Origin: an uncultured Brevinema sp.
Lineage (GTDB): Bacteria > Spirochaetota > Brevinematia > Brevinematales > Brevinemataceae
Assembly: GCA_947038195.1 (NCBI GenBank)
Contig: CAMQVI010000004.1
Coordinates: 886 to 64,885, forward strand
Length of the DNA stretch: 64,000 nt
Reading direction: 5' to 3'
A model generated the notes under the pieces. It saw nothing but the letters and a program-made list of their open reading frames with translations, was not told the DNA's origin and did no database searches. A program made the translations under genes and the position numbers. Shown here piece after piece: positions 57,579 to 64,000 of the stretch (positions within the stretch are counted from its first letter, which is position 1; every line of letters begins with the position of its first letter).

Positions 57579-58004
57579 TTATTTTATAGTAGCAAAATGA
57601 ACAAAAGTATTATCACCAATCGCCCCAGCCTCTGTATTATGTAGAGCAGTTCTGTGAAGAATAGCACTAGCTGGATTTCTCTTAATCACTCTGTAACGTC
57701 TACTAGAAGCCCCTTCAGAGGGTATGTTTTCGTAATAAACCCCTTCCAGATCACTATTGTTTTTAGCTTTCACAAAAAACAATGCAGAAGTTGTGTAATC
57801 GCCCGGTGGTGTTGTATTATGAAATGTTTGGAAGGATGTTTTTATAGCCTTGAAGTTATAGGCACTAGCGTCAGTCCCAACACCGTTATAGTTTTTCCCA
57901 TCTAAGGCTTCTAAAAATTTATTTCCTTCTGGGGTGAAGTTATAATCAGGCTCTTGAGAGCAGGATATAGCGACAAATACCAATAATAATATATATTTTT
58001 TCAT
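57579..58004 (-). CDS. Small lipoprotein, unknown function
   Basis: 141 aa with lipobox VAISC. Confidence 0.6.
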   Translation of the reverse strand: MKKYILLLVFVAISCSQEPDYNFTPEGNKFLEALDGKNYNGVGTDASAYNFKAIKTSFQTFHNTTPPGDYTTSALFFVKAKNNSDLEGVYYENIPSEGASSRRYRVIKRNPASAILHRTALHNTEAGAIGDNTFVHFATIK

Positions 58005-58085
58005 TTTTCTCTCTTGATTTAAATAGAATTTGCTCTATAATTATAAAGAAAATTATTTTTTTTGTCAATGATATCATATCATATA

Positions 58086-58114
58086 TTGCAAAAAAAATAA
58101 TTTTCTTCTATAAT
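58086..58114 (+). promoter_or_regulatory. Promoter TTGCAA-17-TATAAT
   Basis: TTGCAA at 58086..58091 and TATAAT at 58109..58114, upstream of the HD-domain gene. Confidence 0.5.
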
Positions 58115-58154
58115 ATAGTACTATTGAAAGATGGTATAGTTGATAGGAGATAGC

Positions 58155-59402
58155 ATGATACGAAAAAGTCTTATCGTCAAATTATTTGACGGATTTACCA
58201 TGCAACGATGGAATGACCAGTTAAGACCCACAGAATTAGTAGAAATAGATAAACAAGCCCACGCTATTAGTCTAGCTTATTTCTTGGCGAAAGCAATAGA
58301 AGATGAAGAAAAAATTGATATGCAAGAACTTGTAGAATCTAGTGTTTTTCGCTATTTAGAACGTATTATTATTACAGATATTAAACCCCCTGTGTTTTCT
58401 CGTATTAAAGCAGATGAAAATCAATATAAGTCTTTAAGAGTTTTTGTAAAAGAATCAATGCTTCCTTATTTGGATGGATTGCCTGTAGAATTCATTCAAA
58501 AATTCAGCTATTGGTGTGATAATCCTAATATGTATGGAGATAGTCTCACTCAAAAAATCATAGAAATAGCCAAAGCCGATGCTAGCATTTGGGAATATGA
58601 GCTCCTTAAATCAGCCAACCCAGGGGGCTTTGGGATGCCAGAAATTGCCTCTGATATGGAATTACTCTACAATAAACATATAGAGCTCCGCAGGCATCTT
58701 GTGGCTAAATTAGAAACTAGACATATAAGAGAAGAAAATAAAATAAATCTCTTTGATAATGAAGATTATTCTTCTTACTCCCAATTAGTAAAAATGTTTG
58801 GACAAATGCGTTTTCAAGTTCGTTGGGCACAGCTATATAGACAGCCTCCAACAGCGGTTTTAGGACACTCTTTTTATGTGGCTATATTGACCTATTTCTT
58901 TTCTCTCTTGTCTGGAGCTTGCCCCAAAAGAATTTACAACAATTTTTTCACAGGGGTATTTCACGACTTGCCAGAAGTTTTCACAAGAGATATTATTTCT
59001 CCTTTAAAGGCCAATATCCCAGGTTTGGGAGACCTTCTTAAAACGATAGAACATGAAGAAATGAATAGAAAATTTAAAATGCTCATTCCCGAAAGATTGA
59101 GAACAGAGATGTTTTATTTTGTTGATGATGAGTTTACCGATTTTACCACCCAAAATAATAAAATAATAGAACACCCTAATGGAATAGAAAAAGAATTCAA
59201 CGAAGATCGATTCAATCCTAGAGATGGCACTATTGTACGTCTTGCCGACCATTTGGCGGCTTATTTAGAAGCAGATATGGCGCTAAATAATGGAGCGACT
59301 GCTTCAGACTTCATCAAAGCAAAAGAAAAAATTAGAGACACGTACTCACAGAAAAAGATAGCAGGATTAGACCTCGCCTCTTTATTCTTAGATTTCAAAT
59401 AA
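58155..59402 (+). CDS. HD-domain phosphohydrolase (enlarged YfbR-like)
   Basis: RBS AGGAGA precedes the ATG at 58155. QRWNDQ...KQAHA, FHDLPEVFTRDI (HD motif), RLADHLAAYLEA. Confidence 0.7.
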   Translation: MIRKSLIVKLFDGFTMQRWNDQLRPTELVEIDKQAHAISLAYFLAKAIEDEEKIDMQELVESSVFRYLERIIITDIKPPVFSRIKADENQYKSLRVFVKESMLPYLDGLPVEFIQKFSYWCDNPNMYGDSLTQKIIEIAKADASIWEYELLKSANPGGFGMPEIASDMELLYNKHIELRRHLVAKLETRHIREENKINLFDNEDYSSYSQLVKMFGQMRFQVRWAQLYRQPPTAVLGHSFYVAILTYFFSLLSGACPKRIYNNFFTGVFHDLPEVFTRDIISPLKANIPGLGDLLKTIEHEEMNRKFKMLIPERLRTEMFYFVDDEFTDFTTQNNKIIEHPNGIEKEFNEDRFNPRDGTIVRLADHLAAYLEADMALNNGATASDFIKAKEKIRDTYSQKKIAGLDLASLFLDFK

Positions 59403-59413
59403 GAGGAATTCGT

Positions 59414-60847
59414 ATGGAATTTGATAAAAAACAACTAGCAAAAATGGAAGATGATGATATAGCACTTTGGGGCGAGTATGCTGATAAAATTACGGCTACT
59501 GATAAAGAGTTTGCAGAGCAAATTTATCAAAAAATCCTCACCATAGATGGAGAGCATACGACTGCCCTTTCTAATTATGCCATTTTCCTACAAGACCTAG
59601 GACGTTATAAAGAAGCTAAATTGATTTATACCCGATTACTCCAATTAGAAAAAGATAACACAAATCTCACTTTCCGTTATGGAGCTTTTTGTGTCGTTGT
59701 AGGTGATTTAGAAACAGCTGATAAATTATTTACGAAACTCCTCGATCAGGAGCTTTTAGCAGCAGAACGCCTAATGGATAAAGCTAATGAATTAGCAGAA
59801 TTGGGAAAATACAGAGATGCCGAGTGGTATTATCGATTTATGATGAGACAGATCCCTGATGATCCTTTTATCCTCAATAACTACGCTTTATTATTAGCAG
59901 ACTTAGGGCGTTTTGAAGAAGCTGAAAATTATTTTAAAAAAGCACTTTTTGAAAATGATGAGCTAGGTTCTGATATTAGCATTGAATTTAACTATGGAAA
60001 TCTATTGTTTCTTTTAGATAGAATAGAAGAAGCCGAGTGGTATTACGATAAAGCTTTAGCTAAAGACCCAAAAGACCTCCCTGCTCTTAATAATTATGTG
60101 CTCTTATTGGTTCGTAAAGGGGAATTTCCAAAAGCAGAAGGGATTTTAAAACGTATTTTAGCCGTGAATCCTGCTGATATGATAGCCTTACAGACTTACT
60201 CCAATCTTCTCGTGAGAAGTAAAAAATATGAAGAGGCTATCCATTGTGCTCAGACCTTAGTGGATTCCTATCCTAATTTTGCCCCAGCTTATTATCAATT
60301 AGCATCCGTCCTTGCCGATTCTGATCGTTTGGAAGGAGCTCTAGCTATGCTTGATAAATCAATAGAAATAGACCCTACTAGTGTAGAAACTATCACCCTA
60401 AAAGCGGTAACTTTAGCCGATATGGACAAATACGAAGAAAGTCAAAAAATATTTGAAAAAGCCTTACTAGAATACCCCAATGATCCTATCCTTCGCTATC
60501 ATTATGCAGCGATGCTTTTTGATTGGGAGCGTTATGATGATGCAGAGAGATGGATAGTGGCTCTTATTGACCAAGACCCAGAACATGGGGAAGGTTTGAG
60601 TTTATTAGGCAGTATTCTAAAACAACAAGGCAAAGTCTACGAAGCAAGAATGCTTTTTGAACGTTCCTTAGAAAAAGACCCACACAATCCAGATATTTGG
60701 CTTCAAGCTGCTACCTTTTTTCATGATACAAGAGATTATGTAGAATCTGATAAATGCTTTGAAAAAGCCTTAGAGCTTTCTCCAGAAGATGATAGAATCT
60801 TAGAAGAAAAAGATCGTTGTACTAAAGAACGTTCTTCTGGTAAGTAA
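59414..60847 (+). CDS. Tetratricopeptide-repeat protein
   Basis: 477 aa with about 10 recognisable 34-aa TPR units (e.g. ...YAL(L/F)L.DLGR(Y/F)EEAE.YF.KAL...). Confidence 0.8.
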   Translation: MEFDKKQLAKMEDDDIALWGEYADKITATDKEFAEQIYQKILTIDGEHTTALSNYAIFLQDLGRYKEAKLIYTRLLQLEKDNTNLTFRYGAFCVVVGDLETADKLFTKLLDQELLAAERLMDKANELAELGKYRDAEWYYRFMMRQIPDDPFILNNYALLLADLGRFEEAENYFKKALFENDELGSDISIEFNYGNLLFLLDRIEEAEWYYDKALAKDPKDLPALNNYVLLLVRKGEFPKAEGILKRILAVNPADMIALQTYSNLLVRSKKYEEAIHCAQTLVDSYPNFAPAYYQLASVLADSDRLEGALAMLDKSIEIDPTSVETITLKAVTLADMDKYEESQKIFEKALLEYPNDPILRYHYAAMLFDWERYDDAERWIVALIDQDPEHGEGLSLLGSILKQQGKVYEARMLFERSLEKDPHNPDIWLQAATFFHDTRDYVESDKCFEKALELSPEDDRILEEKDRCTKERSSGK

Positions 60848-60856
60848 AGCAGATAT

Positions 60857-61828
60857 ATGATATATAAAGATCAAGAAAAACTTTTGAACTGGTTTTACCT
60901 AAACCAACGTTCCATGCCTTGGAGAGAAGATTCCAGCCCTTATAGAGTTTGGATTTCAGAAGTAATGCTCCAACAAACCACCGTAGCTACGGTCACTAAT
61001 TACTTTCTCCGTTTTATGGAAAAATTCCCCAATCTTTCCGATTTAGCACAGGCTAAGGAAGAAGAGGTTTTAACCCTATGGTCTGGTCTCGGTTACTATA
61101 CGAGGGCTAGGAATATTCTTAAAACAGCCCAGCTATTAAAAGAAGAGGAAAATTTTCCTAAAACTTATGAGGATTTACTAAAACTACCAGGGGTAGGACC
61201 TTACACAGCTGGAGCTATAGCGTCTATTGCTTTTGGACAAGCAGTCTCGCTTATTGATACCAATGTAGATAGGGTTTTGGGTAGGTATTACGCTTTAGAT
61301 AGAAGGGATGAAGATTTTGAAAAAGATTTAAGAGCAAAGGCTCAACAAATCATAGAACAAATAAAAACCAAGGACATTAGAGCTTGGAATCAAGCCATAA
61401 TGGAACTGGGAGCTATAATGTGTGGGGTGCATAAAGTAGGGTGCAGTACATGCCCCTTAAAAGAGAACTGTAAGGCTTTTTTATCTCATACCCCTCTTGC
61501 CTTTCCTGGAGATAAACCAAAAACAACTATTATAGATATTGTAGAATATGCCCTTCTTATAAAAAAAGATGATAAAATGCTTTTCACTAAAAATACAAAA
61601 AGACGTAAGGGCATGTATGATTTTCCTATCAGCACCCAGTCAATAGGCTTAGAAATAGGGGAAGTAAGTTACAGGATCTCTAATAATAAGGTAAAAAGAA
61701 TTTACTGCGAGCTAGAGAGCTCTGATTATCAATTACAAGAAAATGATCTATTTCTTCCTTATAATAATATTTGGGAGAACTACCCCTTAACCTCCCCCTG
61801 CAAAAAATTCTTACAGGGTAATTGTTAA
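60857..61828 (+). CDS. mutY: A/G-specific adenine DNA glycosylase
   Basis: PWR..SPY.VW(I)SE(V)MLQQT, HhH-GPD LPGVGPYTAGAIASIAF, FeS Cys cluster CGVHKVGCSTCPLKENC. Confidence 0.88.
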   Translation: MIYKDQEKLLNWFYLNQRSMPWREDSSPYRVWISEVMLQQTTVATVTNYFLRFMEKFPNLSDLAQAKEEEVLTLWSGLGYYTRARNILKTAQLLKEEENFPKTYEDLLKLPGVGPYTAGAIASIAFGQAVSLIDTNVDRVLGRYYALDRRDEDFEKDLRAKAQQIIEQIKTKDIRAWNQAIMELGAIMCGVHKVGCSTCPLKENCKAFLSHTPLAFPGDKPKTTIIDIVEYALLIKKDDKMLFTKNTKRRKGMYDFPISTQSIGLEIGEVSYRISNNKVKRIYCELESSDYQLQENDLFLPYNNIWENYPLTSPCKKFLQGNC

Positions 61829-61849
61829 CAATTATATTTTCAAAAATCA

Positions 61850-61878
61850 TTGACAAATAAGGTTAAATGTAGTAAAAT
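61850..61878 (+). promoter_or_regulatory. Promoter TTGACA-17-TAAAAT for the rpsP operon
   Basis: TTGACA at 61850..61855 and TAAAAT at 61873..61878. Confidence 0.55.
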
Positions 61879-61910
61879 ACTTGAAGTGATATTTTTTATG
61901 GAGGTCATTT

Positions 61911-62156
61911 GTGTCCACTAATATTCGTTTAATGCGTTTAGGTAAGAAAAAAGCTCCTTACTATCGTGTTGTTGTAGCTCATTCTAGAAATGCTCGTGAT
62001 GGAGCATATATTGAGAATCTTGGTACGTATAGACCTATTGAAGCTAAAGATCAAATTATGATTGACGTTAATCGTTATGATGAATGGGTCAAATTAGGTG
62101 CTATTGTATCTCAAACAGTAAAACAACTCGTTGCTAAGGCAAGAGCTGCTGTATAA
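61911..62156 (+). CDS. rpsP: 30S ribosomal protein S16
   Basis: GTG start after GGAGG. IRLMRLGKKKAPYYRVVVA.SR..RDG..IE.LG.Y.P. Confidence 0.95.
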   Translation: MSTNIRLMRLGKKKAPYYRVVVAHSRNARDGAYIENLGTYRPIEAKDQIMIDVNRYDEWVKLGAIVSQTVKQLVAKARAAV

Positions 62157-62167
62157 ATGGAGTCTGT

Positions 62168-62707
62168 ATGTCTTCAGATATAGCGCAAGATGAAATGATT
62201 GAAATAGGCAGGATTTTAAAACCTTTCGGTGTGAAAGGCGATTTAAAAGTTCAGCTTTATATAGATCAAGAATCTGATTTGAAAAAAGTTAAATCTTTTT
62301 ATATTAAAGATAAAAAAGAAAAAAGCGGTTTTAGAGGGCTAGGTTTTAGTTCTCTAAAGTTTTCAGAAACACCTGAATATGCTAAAGTCCAATTTATCGA
62401 TATAAAAGATAGAACAATGGCAGAGGCTTGGCGATTAGTACCAATCTACATCCCGAAAGATCTGTTAGATGCCCCGGAAGAAGGTGAGTTTTTTGTTAAA
62501 GACCTCCTAAATCTTGAAGCTTGGTATCAAAATGAAAAGATAGGAATTATTTTCAATCTTTTTGAAATCGGAGGACAAGAGATATTTGTTATTAAACAGG
62601 ACAACTTAACACAAGATTTAGCAGTTCCTTTTAATGATAGATATGTTGAATCCGTTGATTCAGAAAATCAAAAAATAGTTTTTAATCATTTAGATGAGTT
62701 GTTATAA
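62168..62707 (+). CDS. rimM: 16S rRNA processing protein RimM
   Basis: 179 aa. IGRILKPFGVKGDLKV, and a C-terminal PRC-barrel region, in the conserved rpsP-rimM-trmD order. Confidence 0.88.
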   Translation: MSSDIAQDEMIEIGRILKPFGVKGDLKVQLYIDQESDLKKVKSFYIKDKKEKSGFRGLGFSSLKFSETPEYAKVQFIDIKDRTMAEAWRLVPIYIPKDLLDAPEEGEFFVKDLLNLEAWYQNEKIGIIFNLFEIGGQEIFVIKQDNLTQDLAVPFNDRYVESVDSENQKIVFNHLDELL

Positions 62708-62712
62708 TTCCT

Positions 62713-63501
62713 ATGGAAAAAATAACAGTTTTATCACTTTTCCCCCAAATGATAACAGATGCTCTCTCATATGGTATCGTTAAAAGGGCGAAAGGGATAA
62801 TCTCTATTAATTCTCACAATCTAAGAGATTGGGGGGAAGGGACTTATCAAAAAGTAGATGACTTAAGTGTTGCTCCTGGACCTGGGATGCTTCTAAAAGC
62901 TAATGTAGTAGCGAATGCCTTAAAAGACTTAATTGACGATGAGGCTCATGTGATACATATGTCTCCAAGAGGTACTCCTCTTACCAGTCAAAAAGCATTA
63001 GAGTTATCTCAAAAAAAACATTTAGTAATTGTCGCCTCTCGTTATGAAGGTTTAGACCAAAGGGTAATCGATAATTATATAGATGAAGAAATCTCCATTG
63101 GAGATTATGTGCTTAGTGGAGGAGAATTAGCCAGTCTTGTGTTAATAGATTCTGTACTAAGGATGACAGGTGATATTTTAAGACCCGATGCGGTAGAGGA
63201 TGAATCCTTCCAAAAAGGACTATTAGAGTACCCTCACTACACAAAACCACTAGAATTTGAAAATAAAATGATTCCTGAATATTTAAAATCAGGAAATCAC
63301 AAACTAATAAACGAAACTCGTTTTATAGAGCAACTATACATTACTTGGTTGCGAAGACCAGATTTATTAAGAGATTACCCTTTATGTAAAGTAGAAACTA
63401 CTCATAAAAATCCCTTAACGAAAATCAAAAAACAAAATGATCTTTTAAAAAAGCGTTTACTTGCTTTTGAAAAAGTAATCCAGGAGAAAAGAGATGGATG
63501 A
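62713..63501 (+). CDS. trmD: tRNA (guanine37-N1)-methyltransferase
   Basis: SLFPQM, RDW..G.Y..VDD...(A)PGPGM, SRYEG.DQRV, IGDYVLSGGE, YPHYT(K)P. Confidence 0.93.
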   Translation: MEKITVLSLFPQMITDALSYGIVKRAKGIISINSHNLRDWGEGTYQKVDDLSVAPGPGMLLKANVVANALKDLIDDEAHVIHMSPRGTPLTSQKALELSQKKHLVIVASRYEGLDQRVIDNYIDEEISIGDYVLSGGELASLVLIDSVLRMTGDILRPDAVEDESFQKGLLEYPHYTKPLEFENKMIPEYLKSGNHKLINETRFIEQLYITWLRRPDLLRDYPLCKVETTHKNPLTKIKKQNDLLKKRLLAFEKVIQEKRDG

Positions 63502-64000
63502 GCAAGAAAAAAAAGCTACAGAAGAAACCACCGCTAATGCTGAAGTTTCTTCCGAAGAAGTTGCTGTAAAAACAGAAACTAGCGAAGCTGCAGAAACTGT
63601 AGTAGAAGAAGTAGCCGTAACTAAAGCTGCTAAAGGTTCTGCTAAAAAAGATGCAGGAAAAGAAAAGATTAAAAATACTTTACATGATATCGAAATGATG
63701 CTTCTTGCTGAAAACAATAACAACGAAAAATTTCCTAAATTTGGAGTTGGTGATACGATTCGTGTCAGTGTACGTATTTCAGAAGGTACTAAAGAAAGAG
63801 TACAGATTTATGAAGGTGTAGTCCTTTGTTTCAAACATGGAATGAACAGAAAAACTTTTATTGTTCGCCGTGTTAGTGCTGGGATTTCTATCGAACGTGT
63901 ATTTTCTTTCCATTCCCCTTATCTTTCACATATTGAGATTGTCCGTCGTGCCAAAGTACGTCGTGCTAAACTCTTCTTCTTGAGAGGACGCTTTGGTAAA
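63494..64000 (+). CDS. rplS: 50S ribosomal protein L19 with ~60-aa acidic N-terminal extension (3' end beyond window)
   Basis: Absent from the ORF track (no stop in the window). AGGAG at 63482..63486 precedes the ATG at 63494. Translation ends ...FPKFGVGDTIRVSVRISEGTKERVQIYEGVVLCFKHGMNRKTFIVRRVSAGISIERVFSFHSPYLSHIEIVRRAKVRRAKLFFLRGRFGK. Confidence 0.9.
   Translation, partial: MDEQEKKATEETTANAEVSSEEVAVKTETSEAAETVVEEVAVTKAAKGSAKKDAGKEKIKNTLHDIEMMLLAENNNNEKFPKFGVGDTIRVSVRISEGTKERVQIYEGVVLCFKHGMNRKTFIVRRVSAGISIERVFSFHSPYLSHIEIVRRAKVRRAKLFFLRGRFGK

Noticed and set aside
63457-63723. 88-aa minus-strand ORF
   Set aside because: It lies antisense to the rplS N-terminal extension and the trmD end. 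It has low-complexity S/A/T/V composition mirroring the E/A/T codons on the plus strand, and no RBS.

Overview
AT-rich (roughly one-third GC by eye), densely coding bacterial chromosome segment. I saw no transposases, prophage genes, CRISPR arrays or rRNA. The envelope genes indicate a diderm: Cys-lipobox lipoproteins, a barrel protein ending in ...YKF, and PEGA-domain proteins. I cannot assign a taxon from sequence alone. Housekeeping genes: obg (partial), dut, a DinG-type helicase, xerD-like, rsmH-ftsL, rpsI-rplM, copA, one tRNA(CAU), uvrC, mutY, and rpsP-rimM-trmD-rplS (partial). Accessory and metabolic loci: (1) an IclR-controlled sugar-acid or amino-sugar-acid locus with eda, kdgK, an SSS symporter, an IlvD/Edd dehydratase, an amidohydrolase, a SelA/DgaE-like PLP enzyme and RidA; (2) a butyryl-CoA-type operon built from FabG-like and MaoC-like enzymes instead of Hbd/Crt; (3) ridA, tyrosine phenol-lyase and an aromatic permease, flanked by a second near-identical ridA; (4) ahpC followed by a split, order-swapped AhpF; (5) a STAS protein plus a fused SpoIIE-phosphatase/HATPase-kinase partner-switching pair. 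The best candidate for something new is a cobalamin riboswitch that I can read directly on the minus strand at about 51371..51648. It has its own promoter and terminator-type expression platform. It sits in front of a BtuB-sized outer-membrane barrel and two paralogous lipoproteins of no family I recognise, a possible surface corrinoid-capture system. Other notable points: a RadC/JAB domain fused to DinG, a decayed IlvD-family gene fragment, a perfect 27-bp palindrome before the thiolase gene, a mosaic identity pattern between the two ridA copies, and an acidic N-terminal extension on L19. All calls come from motif reading of the ORF track and raw sequence. No database searches were run.
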